63,648 nucleotides of DNA, filler included, from Octopus bimaculoides (GCF_001194135.2; 5 parts of 5 records of this genome joined end to end with filler, not necessarily neighbours in it); one strand, 5' to 3'; positions 1 through 14,093 are shown, counted from the whole stretch's first letter. The notes: a model not told the origin generated them from the sequence alone. Numbers and translations: made by a program.

Positions 1-74
<74 letters not shown>

Positions 75-167
75 TGTGCGAGTGTGTGTGTGTGTATATA
101 TATACATATAAATATGCATATATACATATATATATATACGTACATACATATATATATATGAGTATAC

Positions 168-207
<40 letters not shown>

Positions 208-217
208 NNNNNNNNNN

Positions 218-261
<44 letters not shown>

Positions 262-262
262 A
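1..262. repeat. Compound (TG)n/(TA)n microsatellite, representative of dozens across the window
   Basis: Direct reading; most N gaps are bordered by (TA)n, (CA)n or (GA)n, and these repeats generate most ORFs in the track. Confidence 0.98.
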
Positions 263-360
263 CTATGGACATACATGCATACCTACAAACATAAATGCAC
301 ACATGCATATATATGTGTGCGTATATAAATGTATGAATGTATACAAGTATGCGTATGAAC

Positions 361-395
<35 letters not shown>

Positions 396-1200
396 CTAAT
401 GTATAAATATATATGTACATATGTATGAATGCAGGTACCTGTATGAAAACATGTTTCTCTCAATGTATTTCTGCATCTGTCTGTTCTACAAACAGGCGCA
501 CACNNNNNNNNNNCACATATGCATATACATACCTCTATATACATAAATTCACACACGTACTCAAACATATTTGGGAACGGCGAAAACCTCCAAGAAACGT
601 CTGACAATCGGAGTCGCGCTGTGTGTTCGATCTTCGTTAGAAATATCTCATTTCCATACCGTTTTCAAAATGAAATACCTATGCCATGTCTTGAGACTTA
701 AGCTTGACTTGCCAACTACAAGAAGGCGAAGCTTCCGGTGATCATCCACCAATTCATCTCGGACCAGATTTTGTCAGTTGCATTCCATCGTATTTAGACT
801 TAATCTGCTCCTCCGATTAATCTTACCACACGGGATGGGTTTTAGCTGAGTAAATTTTGTTTTAGCTGAGTAAATTTTGTTGTAAGTATTTGATTTCATG
901 GATTACAGATCGTCCATCAACCTTTATCTTGTCTCAAAGTCTCCGTTGAAAGCTCAGCAGCGCTACCACCACCATTGTGGCTTCATGATAAGCGAATTTA
1001 TATTTATGCAGGGCGGATTCTATCCTGATTGGTCAAATCGAATGAGTACCAAAGATTTGTTGGGGACGAAATAAACATGTCTCTATCCACTCCTAATGAG
1101 ACACGAATGATTGATTTATAAAGTTTAGTTAGCTGTATCCACCCTTGCTTATTGAGTGTGGGCGTGTATGTATGTGCATGTATGTATGTATACACAGATA

Positions 1201-1292
<92 letters not shown>

Positions 1293-1984
1293 TGTGTGTG
1301 TGTGTGTTTATATATGCACGCACACACACACATTAATAGCAGAGTGTATAGGTATGTATATATGTGTCACTCTGTACTACAGAATCAAACTCCGCTCCAA
1401 CACTAAACTTGTCTGCAACAAATGGTGTTTGTTTTTACCAAAATTACTATTGTTGTTGTTGCTGTTGTTGTTGTTTCGTTTCTCTTTTGTTCTGTTCCCC
1501 ATTCTTGAAGGTTAAAGGGATCACATAAAGCATTTGTAAGGATCTAGTTAAATGGCATGGCCCCTTTTTATCAAGCCATATGTTCCAAAGACTTCAACTT
1601 AAAACTACTTCATTCTTCGTTTCAAAATCTCGTCTTATTTGCTTTCTTGCCTTTCTCACGTTTCCTTCCTTCCTTCCTTCCTTCCTTCATTTCGTTCTTT
1701 CTTTCTTTCTTTCTTCCTTTCGTTCTTTCTTTCTTTCTTTCTTTCTTCCTTTCTTTATTTATTTGTTTTACTTGTTTATTTCCCCCATTTATTCCCCCAC
1801 CCTCCTCCGTCTCTCTCTCTTTCTCTTTCTATTTTTCTGTTTTCATTTTATTTAGTGATTTGACTCCTTCCTTCTTTCTATCTCTCTTTTTCCTTTTTTC
1901 CCCTTTCTTTCTCTCTCTTTCTCTCTTTCTTTCTTTCCATCCTTTCTCCATGTCTTTCCTCTTATCTCCCAACCATTCCAATAG

Positions 1985-2242
1985 ATTCCAAAACATTCCG
2001 GGACATCATTTTCTCTCTCGGAATGTTCTCGCTAATCTTCGATATGGTTTCGCCCTGGATAACCAGACCACATGTTACAAGTTCCTCTTACCACAAGGTT
2101 GTTGTAGACATTTTTCTCAATGGAATCAAGAAGACAAGAATTTCATTCCCCACCCACTCACTCACCCCCTCTACAAAGAAATATTTCACAAGGTCCCCCA
2201 CCAAAATCAAAATAACCAACGGTTCTTTCGAGCTGTTCATCG
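1985..2242 (+). CDS. Candidate internal coding exon (258 nt, symmetric phase), product unknown
   Basis: Long pyrimidine tract, then AG at 1983-1984 and CG|GTTAGG donor at 2243. Length is a multiple of 3 and two frames are open. The phase-1 frame reads SKTFRDIIFSLGMFSLIFDMVSPWITRPHVTSSSYHKVVVDIFLNGIKKTRISFPTHSLTPSTKKYFTRSPTKIKITNGSFELFI and is rich in NNC codons. No family recognised. Confidence 0.35.
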
Positions 2243-3202
2243 GTTAGGAGAAAGAGATAGGTGGGAGAGGGAGAGAGAGAGAGAGACAAACAGACAGACA
2301 GACAGAGACACGGAGAAAGACAGTGAGAGATCTCAATCCACTGGGATAGAACGACATCTCGACATTGCACAAGCAGTAATTCACCATAATCTGAGCCAGC
2401 GAAGATGACTCTATGCAGCTGATCGATCTGCTGAAGCTAGCTGTTAAATCTCCCTCATATTACATCCAGCAGTTTTACATAAAGAATAGAATGTAATTTT
2501 GATCTCCGCCGGATTTGAACTCAAAACAAGGCACCATAACGCACCTACACAGATACCAAAATATGTTTCATCCAAACTGCATAGATTAATACATTGTCTT
2601 TCGATCCAGAAAGGAAAATAGTCAAAGATGACGTCTGCTGGAATTGAAACCAGAGGGCTTAGAGTCGAAACAAATGGCAGAAAGCATTTACTCCAACTCG
2701 CTAACGTCTCGCCCATCCATCACCATTTATTATCCTAATAAAAATGGATAACATTCCAAATTCGAGGAAATTGGTGAAGTTGTTTGTTGGTAAAAAAAAT
2801 TTAATGAAATATTCAAGCGATTTTATTAGATGTGAATGAGTTCGGTCGTCGCAAGATGTGGAAACAGCTACAGTTTCCGCTTAGAACTCTCCAACGGGTT
2901 TATGACCCGAAATATTAGAGTCTTTGCCACTCCTCGCGACAAGCGAACTTAATGACATACAACAAATTCTTCTAGATTTACTGATATAGAAAAAGTTTGA
3001 TTGAAGAATGAGTTGTGTGGTTGTAATTACGTTGCGGCTGATGAGATGCAACAAGGTTGAAATCGAGACACCGAAAATGTCACACCCTCATGTTCTCTCC
3101 AGGAGTTTTAATTACAAAATTGGTTGACGAAGAAATAATGACTTTCTTAAGCAGAATTAATTAATTAATGCGAATGTACTATATCTCTCAGTCCTCTCTC
3201 TC

Positions 3203-3303
<101 letters not shown>

Positions 3304-3383
3304 CATATTTATTCCTTTCCCTAGATACAAACTTATATAAACATATATTTCGATATATGTGTACATACGCACACACACTCACA

Positions 3384-3419
<36 letters not shown>

Positions 3420-3848
3420 AACACACGCACATGTGTGTAAAGATTTATATGCATATATACACATATATAAATAGACGCTGAGATGAGGTGAGATGTAGTG
3501 GATGCAGTTTGATACATAAATGGTTTGGTGTAGAGAGAGAAACATACATACCTATATACGTGTATGCATATGTATATATATATATATNNNNNNNNNNNNN
3601 NNNNNNNNNNNNNNNNNNNNNNNNNNNNNNNNNNNNNNNNNNNNNNNNNNNNNNNNNNNNNNNNNNNNNNNNNNATATGTAAGTACATATATATATATGT
3701 GTGTGTTTATGTGTGTATATACATACACACACACGCACATACATATTCATATATGTACACACGTACAGAAAGAAAGTGAAAAAGAAGGAAAGGGACTTAG
3801 TACGACCATTTCTGCACGAATACATAAGCACCACCCCGCACATGTATG

Positions 3849-3895
<47 letters not shown>

Positions 3896-4296
3896 GTCTG
3901 TCTGTCTGTCTGTCTGTCTCTATGCATGCGTACACACATTTATGTAGTGTAAGTATACAAGTATATACACAACCAACTTCACTGGTGAATGAATGCTCAA
4001 GCGTTCAAGTGTATCAGATGACATAAGGGTGTAGGTAAAAAGTGACCTAATGTACATTACTTCCGATATAATTATCGCTACGGGTGGATATGAGTGTGTA
4101 CGTGTGCGTGCGGGGGGGGTGCATGTGTGTGCGTGCATATTCACACTTATCTCGATGTGTATAAGCACGTATACGTATATGTATGTATATACGTACCTAT
4201 TTACGTATATGGGTGTATATATGTATACATACATACACACATACACATATATGCATATATGTGTATGTATACGTATATATACAACACATGCCTACA

Positions 4297-4350
<54 letters not shown>

Positions 4351-4581
4351 NNNNNNNNNNNNNNNNNNNNNNNNNNNNNNNNNNNNNNNNNNNNNNNNNN
4401 NNNNNNNNNNNNNNNNNNNNNNNNNNNNNNNNNNNNNNNNNNNNNNNNNNNNNNNNNNNNNNNNNNNNNNNNNNNNNNNNNNNNNNNNNNNNNNNNNNNN
4501 NNNNNNNNNNNNNNNNNNNNNNNNNNNNNNNNNNNNNNNNNNNNNNNNNNNNNNNNNNNNNNNNNNNNNNNNNNNNNNNNN

Positions 4582-4632
<51 letters not shown>

Positions 4633-5479
4633 CACTTGAGGATGTATGTATATGAAATTATATGCGTGTGCTACAAATTAATAAAACAGTTTTATTCAGT
4701 GACTTTTCAAGTCATCTCGCCCCCACCGAGCAACACGTGACCTGTCAGCATGATACCCGGTAACAGCAGCAGCAGCAGCTGTTGTCGTTGTTTCGCGTTA
4801 CGCCGATCCCAATTCATGAAAAACGTAACCAAACTCCAAGCTCTCCGATCATCTCGTTTCGTTATTAAAATCAATCTAGACGTCGCATCACTACAGTTAC
4901 ATTATCTCATGTCTCCCCGTTTTGTGAATGGTACAACGTGGTTTGTGAGCTTTGTAGCTGCTATTTCTAGCATGCCGAAGAACCATGTAGAGAGGCTTTT
5001 GGTTTTTTTAAAAATTGACTACTTGTTTAAGTCATTAGACTGCGGCTATGCTGGGGCACTGCCTGGAAGAATTTTTAGTCGAATGAACTGACCCCAGTAC
5101 TTATACGATTGTGAAGCGGTGGGGGGGGGAGACAAACACAGACACAGGCACACAGACATACGCTCACAACAACAACAAACACAACAAACACAAACAACAA
5201 CGCGAAGACGTGGTACATGTAACGTATTAGCAGACGCTCAGGAAATAAAAGAATATATATATAAGGTTAGCTGAGTTAGCTGTTAAAATAACCGTCCAAG
5301 GGATAGACGTATCCATTATACTACCGGTATATTACCTATGTTTAACCATGGGCATACATTGGAAGCAGAAACAGCTGTTAGATGGGAGGCAGTCTATTTG
5401 TATTGAATTAATAAATAATAATTGATGTAAGTCAATTGTTGTTCATCGATTTCTCCATTTCCTGTTTTCTTTATAGACG

Positions 5480-5600
5480 AAGACAGGTGTAGGAACAACA
5501 AGCCGGTGTATTAGTTTAACGCTCGGGAAGAATGGAAAAGTCTTTTTAATTTTCCAGCCTATGTTCTGCGACAGAAAGGAATAAGACGAAAGGAACAGAA
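5480..5600 (-). mobile_element. Dispersed repeat carrying a minimal hammerhead-like motif (degenerate copy)
   Basis: Same AGACGAAGACAGG...TATTAGTTT...GGGAAGAATGGAAAAGTCTTT...ACAGAAAGGA sequence as 63420-63525 and, inverted, 57050-57150. Confidence 0.7.
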
Positions 5601-5644
5601 AGAGAATGAAACAAAAAACGTGTTGAGTTCAGTGGTCCATGCAT

Positions 5645-5675
<31 letters not shown>

Positions 5676-5686
5676 TATAGATAGAC

Positions 5687-5731
<45 letters not shown>

Positions 5732-5832
5732 TACATACATACATATGCAAACGTACACACAAACATACAAACGTACATATATACATAGACACATAAATAC
5801 ACACAGACACTTATATTTACATACACATATGT

Positions 5833-5881
<49 letters not shown>

Positions 5882-6938
5882 GATACCTATATATATATAT
5901 ATATATATGTACATACATATCTATCTATATACATGCATATATATATATTACATACACTTACACAAAAATATGTTTATATAATAAGTGTGTATGTGTACAT
6001 ATATATACACACACACACACTCCCTCAATGTAACTGTTGCTTCTCCCTTCCCTGTCTACGTCTATCTGTCCTGTCTCAGAAGCAATGTGGTCCTGTCCTC
6101 CACCGCCGTCCTGTACCACCCCCACCTCTGCCTAAGGCGCCATTCTTCCGTTCTATCACAGATATCTGTCCATCAATGCTCACTCGCATCTAACAACAAA
6201 CCTGTCACATCTCAAATGCGAACCTCACTCCCCCCCCCACACACACACCCTCACTCTAAAACCCCTGTCACCACCACCATCACCACNNNNNNNNNNNNNN
6301 NNNNNNNNNNNNNNNNNNNNNNNNNNNNNNNNNNNNNNNNNNNNNNNNNNNNNNNNNNNNNNNNNNNNNNNNNNNNNNNNNNNNNNNNNNNNNNNNNNNN
6401 NNNNNNNNNNNNNNNNNNNNNNNNNNNNNNNNNNNNNNNNNNNNNNNNNNNNNNNNNNNNNNNNNNNNNNNNNNNNNNNNNNNNNNNNNNNNNNNNNNNN
6501 NNNNNNNNNNNNNNNNNTCATCAGCCCCACCACCACCACTGCCATCAATAATTCCTACAGACAACCACCTCTCCACTTTCACCGCCAACCAGATTCTCCC
6601 CCACCCCCCCACCATTGTCAACCACCACCTCCATCGCCACCACCACCTCAACAACTACTGTCAATCACCACCGACGCCACAGTCAACTCCACCGCTCTCA
6701 CCATCCACCACACACTCCATCATTAGCCGCCGCCACTACCACCTCCACCTCCATCACCAAACTTACAACATACAAACTAATTGATTAAACGTCACCACCA
6801 ATAAACATTCCATCGCCATTGTTGTTGTTCTTGTTCTTATTGATTGCATTGTTAGTTTGGTGTTGTTGTTGTTGTTAATGTTCCTGTTCTTGTTTGTGTT
6901 GTTGGTTCAGTGTTGATATTATCATTGTCGCTGGTTTG

Positions 6939-7125
6939 AGGCGACGAGCTGGCACAGTCGTTAGCACGCCGGACGAAATGCCGCTAAGCTTCACGTTCTA
7001 AGTTCAAATACCCGCAAGGTCGACCTTGCCGTTCATCCATCGAGATCGTTAAAATAAGTACCAGCTACGCACTGGGGTTGATTTAATGAAGTGAATTTCC
7101 CCAAATTTCAGACAGCGTGTCTGCA
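6939..7125 (+). mobile_element. tRNA-head SINE, family A
   Basis: GGCGACGAGCTGGCACAGTCGTTAGC A-box-like head, AGTTCAAAT B-box-like motif, GGTCGACCTTGCC...AAAATAAGTACCAG body shared with more than 10 other copies. Confidence 0.75.
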
Positions 7126-7818
7126 GAACAAATAATTATTGGTGTTATTCTTGCTTTTGGTCAAACAAACAGATCTATGTTTAAATGCGATTCGCATATT
7201 CACGTTCGAATCTTTTGGAAAATATGAATGAATATGTACAGTATCGTTTTCATCTTGATTCCCCCTGTCCACGGTGCACATAACGATTTATTATATACAT
7301 GCATATTTAAGTATGTGTGTGTGCGCGTGCTTGTGTGTTCGATTCCTGAACCAGGCGGCCCGTTATGTTGTAGAGCCACGTTACTCAGCAAATGGGAAAG
7401 TGANNNNNNNNNNNNNNNNNNNNNNNNNNNNNNNNNNNNNNNNNNNNNNNNNNNNNNNNNNNNNNNNNNNNNNNNNNNNNNNNNNNNNNNNNNNNNNNNN
7501 NNNNNNNNNNNNNNNNNNNNNNNNNNNNNNNNNNNNNNNNNNNNNNNNNNNNNNNNNNNNNNNNNNNNNNNNNNNNNNNNNNNNNNNNNNNNNNNNNNNN
7601 NNNNNNNNNNNNNNNNNNNNNNNNNNNNNNNNNNNNNNNNNNNNNNNNNNNNNNNNNNNNNNNNNNNNNNNNNNNNNNNNNNNNNNNNNNNNNNNNNNNN
7701 NNNNNNNNNNNNNNNNNNNNNNNNNNNNNNNNNNNNNNNNNNNNNNNNNNNNNNNNNNNNNNNNNNNNNNNNNNNNNNNNNNNNNNNNNNNNNNNNNNNN
7801 NNNNNNNNNNNNNNNNNN

Positions 7819-7925
7819 TCTTTCAGTTTCCGTCTACCAAATCCACTCACAAGGTTTTGGCCCACCCGAAGCTAGAGTAGAAGACACTTGCCCGAGGCGC
7901 CACGCAGTGGGACTGAACACGGAAC
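7819..7925 (-). mobile_element. tRNA-head SINE, family B (partial)
   Basis: CTTTCAGTTTCCGTCTACCAAATCCACTCACAAGG...GAAGACACTTGCCC...CAGTGGGACTGAAC matches 58795-58948. Confidence 0.8.
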
Positions 7926-8287
7926 GTGTGTGTGTGTGGTGTGTGTTTATCTTTACAATATCTACTTGGAAACGGTAAAGCGGCGAATAGCCTCGCTTGC
8001 AATTCTCTTGCAACTGTCTAAGCTGAAATCTCACCACCAACCACTTAGAAGAATCAGGTGATCGGTCCTGGCAAGTCCTTAAGTAACCGATTCGCTGTTT
8101 CAACTGATTGCCCTCAATCGCACCACACTAAATGGCAGGAAAAAATGCAAGGGAGCTTTCAAGTCCTGTGCACTCAACGAACGAACGCCATATCCCCACA
8201 TATATACATACATATATATATATATATACATATATATATACATACATACACACACACACAATGTATACATACATACGTACATACATA

Positions 8288-8323
<36 letters not shown>

Positions 8324-8612
8324 TGTATGTGTATGTCTATGTATGTATGCACAAGTGTGTGTGTGTGTGTGTGTGTCTATGTATGTATGCACATGTGTGT
8401 GTGTGTGTGTGTATTCTGTAGTGCATAGAGTTATGTTTGAAAAGGCAGCGGTATATCTCGATTTTCTGTGGCGGGTGTCAGTGGGGGAGGGCAGTGTCCG
8501 CCATCGTCGTTATATACACTCGTCGGCAGTAATTAGATACAGTGATGTAGACACTCTGCAGGCGTGTTTATCTCCGTCATCGTCATTTGTTTTGATTGGA
8601 TTCATTTACATA

Positions 8613-8711
<99 letters not shown>

Positions 8712-8920
8712 TCATAGAGACGTATATAGACATACATATATGATGCAGGTTATTACATGCATACACATACATACATATATATATATATATATTTATATAT
8801 ATGTATGTATGTATATATGTATACACATATATATATACATGTATATATATCTATATATATATATATATATATGTATGCATATATATATGCATACATATGA
8901 CGAATGAATGTATGCGTGTA

Positions 8921-9218
8921 CGTAGGTGGCTAAGTGGTTAGTGTATTCGGCTCAAGATCCCGAAGTCGTGAGTTCGATTCCAGGCAAGACACTTACTTTC
9001 ACTTTGCCCCAGTCCACTCGCCTGGCAAAAATGAGTTGTACTTGTTATTCAAAGGACCAGACTCTGTCATATTCTGTGCCACGCTAAATTCCCCGAGAAC
9101 TACGTTAAAGGTACACGCGTCTGTGTAGTACTCAACCACTTGCACGCTAATTTCACGAGCTGGCTGTTCCGTTGATCGTGTCAACTAGAACAGTCATCGT
9201 CTTAACCGACGGATTGCC
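8921..9218 (+). mobile_element. tRNA-head SINE, family E
   Basis: GTGGCTAAGTGGTTAG A box and GAGTTCGATTCC B box. The body ...CCAGTCCACTC...GAGAACTACGTTAA...GGCTGTTCCGTTGATC recurs at 44150-44820 (-), 51400-51680, 59200-59400 and 62825-63000. Confidence 0.8.
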
Positions 9219-9460
9219 ATTTCTTACGTCTATATTTAAGAACAGTTTGACTCAACTTCATCTGACTTGAACTTTCGTGAGTGCGTAGGAGAGGTGCATC
9301 ACCGCAGCATCTGTTGAAATGGCGGGGCCGTACGCGCCCACAAAACTGAAATCATGGGGAGGGCCGAGTGAAAAACTGTTTTGAAACGTAAGTAAAAACC
9401 TAGCAAATGTGTTGAATGCTTCGAAGGGGATGAAATGAGATGAAAAGAAAGAGAAAGAGA

Positions 9461-9494
<34 letters not shown>

Positions 9495-9585
9495 TAATGC
9501 GATGAAGAGAGGAAACAAGAGACAGACTGAGAGAAATTTAGTGAAAGAGAGAGGGAGAGAGGTGGAAAGAGAGAAAGAAAGAGAG

Positions 9586-9633
<48 letters not shown>

Positions 9634-10539
9634 GGGAGAGAGTGTGAAAGAGAGAGAAAGAGAGAGAGGCGGAAAGAAAAATGCAGGGGGGGAGAAAGAA
9701 AGAGAAAGAAAAGGGGACAGAAACAGGAGGGGGAGTGAGAGAGAGGGAGAGAGAGGATGAGAGACAAGAAGACAGAGATGGAGTGAAAATAAGAGAGAGA
9801 GAGTGCGAGAAAGCTGTCCGTTTGTCGGTTCCATTGTCTTTTAGAGAAACCGACTCAGAATAAACCAATTCTTGTCTCCCAAACTTTCGTTTCTGAATGT
9901 TTTTTTTTCTATGTGTTTATGATGGTGTTTTTTCTTGTTTGCTATAATTCTCCTTCCCAAACGAATCTCGTCTAATTAAAGTTGACCAGGAATATGGCAA
10001 ATATTCCGAAGTCTTCGCCACTTTCGCATTTCTAATCCTATTTTATCTCTAACACTTTCGAAAGAAAGTAAGGGTTTGGGGGGTTGGGTGGGACGTGGGA
10101 CGTGGAGGTTTTTCTTGTTTTTCTGCAAAGAAGAGTGGTTAGGGGTGGCGGTGGGGAGATAGGGGCTGCTTAGAGAGGCCCTTATTCATACACACGCACA
10201 CACTCACTCACACATACACACACTTATACACACACATATATATATACATATGTACATATATACATATATGAATGTAAATATACGTATATATATATATATA
10301 TATNNNNNNNNNNNNNNNNNNNNNNNNNNNNNNNNNNNNNNNNNNNNNNNNNNNNNNNNNNNNNNNNNNNNNNNNNNNNNNNNNNNNNNNNNNNNNNNNN
10401 NNNNNNNNNNNNNNNNNNNNNNNNNNNNNNNNNNNNNNNNNNNNNNNNNNNNNNNNNNNNNNNNNNNNNNNNNNNNNNNNNNNNNNNNNNNNNNNNNNNN
10501 NNNNNNNNNNNNNNNNNNNNNNNNNNNNNNNNNNNNNNN

Positions 10540-10585
<46 letters not shown>

Positions 10586-11185
10586 TAAGCGTGTGTAGAC
10601 TAGCAACAACCGGTTAGATAGACAGATAGATAGATGTGTCACTCGTGTCACATGATGTTGCCGTGTTATTGTTTTTAATTGGCTTCGAAACAAACAACAG
10701 AAATTCAATCATCATCATCGTTATCATCATCACCATCATCATCACCATCATCATCGTCGTCATCATCAACATCGTCGTCATCATCATCATCATCAACAAC
10801 CTCCTGCAGCGTGTTCGAAAAACTGCTGACGTCGCTTTATGTTTCGAGTTCAAACCCCGCTGAACTCAATTTTGACTTTCATCCTTCCGCGCTCGATAAA
10901 ACAAAGTACCAGTCAAATACTGGGGTCGGTTTAGTCATCCAAACCTCTTCCCTAAAATATCAGGTGATGATATTTTCGTAGAAACAAGAACAACAGCAGC
11001 AACAACTACAACAATGGTTTCAGACTGTGACACAAGGAGAGCAGTTTTGAGGGGAGGGGCTTAGTCGATACCATCGATCTACATTACATGACTGGTACTT
11101 TGTCTTGTTGAATACCAAGCTAATGATCAACTACTTAAAACGATATAATTTTCTTGATTGGTCTCAGCACCAGAAATGCTCGGAA

Positions 11186-11285
11186 NNNNNNNNNNNNNNN
11201 NNNNNNNNNNNNNNNNNNNNNNNNNNNNNTTAATTAATTAANNNNNNNNNNNNNNNNNNNNNNNNNNNNNNNNNNNNNNNNNNNN
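11186..11285. other. Assembly join: 44 N + TTAATTAATTAA + 44 N
   Basis: Exactly 100 nt with a central 12-mer giving stops in all six frames; identical at three other sites. Confidence 0.95.
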
Positions 11286-11424
11286 TTGATAATTTGCTTT
11301 TTCGCAATGAAAACCGGTTAGAAGAAATCTTTATTAAAATATGCTTCCAGTTCAGCATTCTGGCTTTTTTTCATTTTCCTATTATTTCTCCACGTGCGGT
11401 TAACACAACCCCACTATTTACTGA

Positions 11425-11463
<39 letters not shown>

Positions 11464-12189
11464 TCTCATGGGGCCTCAAGAAAATAGACCTGTGTAAAAT
11501 AGTTGGAGATAAGAAGGAAATCCAGCAACAAAAACTAAACCAAATCACATGATTGAGCACCAGTCTATGGAAGCAGCAGCTCATAATGACAAATGACTCA
11601 GACTGTGACAACCCATCTAACTCTTGCCAGCATGGAAAGGAGACTTTGAATTGTGATGGTTATGATGATGGTGATGACAATGACAACAACAATGATGATA
11701 ACAAGAACAATGACGATGACAATGATGATGATGACTATATGTGTGTGTGTGTGTGTGTGAATGTGTATGTGTGTATCAACATGATGTGAAAACTGTTATG
11801 CCAATGTCAACTGCATTATATCCTTTTCCTTCAGTTGACACATTGTGCTTTATATCTTATGAGAATGATAAAATAAGTACTTCACAAAATACTAGAGTCC
11901 ATATGATAGACCAAAATATTTGAAGGTAGTACTCCAACTGTAAGCATGATTGCAATTCCATGACTGAAACCATCAAACAAATATCTGCAGCTTCCCTGTT
12001 TGATTCAAAAAGCTTGGGTCATTCAAGGTTATGACAGAAGTTTGCCCAAGGTGTCACACAATGGTAAGTACTATGGGTGGGCTAAATGTATAGTAGAATT
12101 ATATTGAATTAGTAACAGCATTATTCTACACACATAAAAATTAGTGAGTTGGCAGAATTGTTAACACATCAGGCAAAGTGCTTACAGTA

Positions 12190-13050
12190 TTTCTTCTGAT
12201 GGCTTGATTGAGTTGTGGCACACTCATTGGTGAAACTACAATTACAGACCTAGATTTTGCTGATGATGCAGTTATTGTTGCTGAGTCTCTGGATGTCTTA
12301 AGGAGTGCTCTCCTTTCACTGAGTAAGGAAGCAGAACTACTTGACCGTAGAGTCTCTTGGTTCAAGACAAAGATTCAGTCCTTTGTTTGTTTCTTGAAGG
12401 ACTCCACTTTGATTGTCTCTGTTGTAGGTGAGAATGTTGAAGTTGTTGACTGCTTCACTTACCTCAGCAGTGAGATTCTAAGCAGCATTTGCTGTGAGTC
12501 TGAAGTCCTGAAAAGACTTGGATAAGCTGGTTCAGTTGTGGAATCATTGAACAAGAGTGTTTGGTGCTGCTGACATCTGTGTAAGTGGACAAAGGTTTGT
12601 GTCTTTAGGTCTCTGGATCTCCCTGTCCTGTTCTATAGTTATGAGATTTGTGAGATAGTTGTGAGACTCTATAGTTGTGGCACTGTCCAGGTCCTTTAGG
12701 TATGAACTCCTTTGGTATCAAGATGCTTTGTAGGATTATGAGTTACTACTGCTCAGATTTCATATCCAACCAATGACTCTACTCAGAAACTGGGATGTGT
12801 CCTGTGACTTGTATGATTCAGGAACACCAGCTCAGACTGTTTGGTTATGTTGATTGATTTTCCAAGTTAGACCCTGTTTGCTGTGTTCTCTTCACTGAAG
12901 ATACAGCTCGGTTGACAGCTCTTGTTGACATGCCACATGGTCACGGCAGATGAGGAAGTGTCTCATGGAGATGGGAACAGACTGGGACTCTGCTCAACAA
13001 GTTGCCCTGGAGGACAAGGGACCATATTGACAAATGGTGAATGCAGCAAC
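12190..13050 (+). mobile_element. RTE-clade LINE reverse-transcriptase fragment (degenerate)
   Basis: ORF 12208-12525 ITDLDFADDAVIVAES...KTKIQ...VEVVDCFTYLSSEI...EVLKRLG contains the (Y/F)ADD catalytic motif and the FTYLGS-like motif; stops downstream. Confidence 0.85.
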
Positions 13051-13589
13051 ATGCTACAATGGCACAGTCTTCTACACCTGCCTTGGTTATACAAACATAA
13101 TAAATAAGAGAATTAGACTATCTTTATGAAGAAGAAAATGTAGACTGTAATTTAGACTGGAATAGACTATCAAATGTACAGCTATATGATAAAAGCAAAC
13201 AAGAAAGTAGTAAGTGAATGAAAAATTTAATCTAAGAGACTCACAATTAACAGGTGAAGAAAACATGTAAAAATTCTAGAATCATGCAAGAATTACAAAT
13301 GGAAGTTAAGTATACATATCAGACACCAGGAAATAAAAGCTACATCTTCAAATAATAGCAGTAGTAAACAATCTTAGTTCTCAATCTCAATTACAAGTTT
13401 TAATTATATTTCAGGAAACTATAATCAAGAGTTAAACATGAATATTTTGGATGGTTAAGAAGTTGACTTTGAAGCCATATTGTTTCAGGTTCAATCCCAC
13501 TGCATGACAAATATATTTTACTGTAGCCTTAGGTTAACCAATACTTTGTGAGAGAAATTTTGTTGACAGAAATTGGGTGAAATCTCATC

Positions 13590-13626
<37 letters not shown>

Positions 13627-14015
13627 NNNNNNNNNNNNNNNNNNNNNNNNNNNNNNNNNNNNNNNNNNNNNNNNNNNNNNNNNNNNNNNNNNNNNNNNNN
13701 NNNNNNNNNNNNNNNNNNNNNNNNNNNNNNNNNNNNNNNNNNNNNNNNNNNNNNNNNNNNNNNNNNNNNNNNNNNNNNNNNNNNNNNNNNNNNNNNNNNN
13801 NNNNNNNNNNNNNNNNNNNNNNNNNNNNNNNNNNNNNNNNNNNNNNNNNNNNNNNNNNNNNNNNNNNNNNNNNNNNNNNNNNNNNNNNNNNNNNNNNNNN
13901 NNNNNNNNNNNNNNNNNNNNNNNNNNNNNNNNNNNNNNNNNNNNNNNNNNNNNNNNNNNNNNNNNNNNNNNNNNNNNNNNNNNNNNNNNNNNNNNNNNNN
14001 NNNNNNNNNNNNNNN

Positions 14016-14089
<74 letters not shown>

Positions 14090-14093
<4 letters not shown>

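Noticed and set aside
841-880. 20-bp tandem duplication (also 18-bp at ~25280 and 45-bp at ~31120)
   Set aside because: Ordinary local slippage with no further structure.
2-1515. Long ORFs such as [24 protein letters not shown] here and throughout the window
   Set aside because: They are translations of dinucleotide/trinucleotide microsatellites and N runs, not genes.
3034-3073. CTGATGAG...GAAATCGAGAC hammerhead-like string
   Set aside because: Core present, but stems II and III do not pair and U16.1 is missing; at best a very decayed relative of the 62176 type.
8921-9000. tRNA gene-like A/B boxes here and in other SINE heads
   Set aside because: No complete cloverleaf; each continues into a SINE body shared by many copies.
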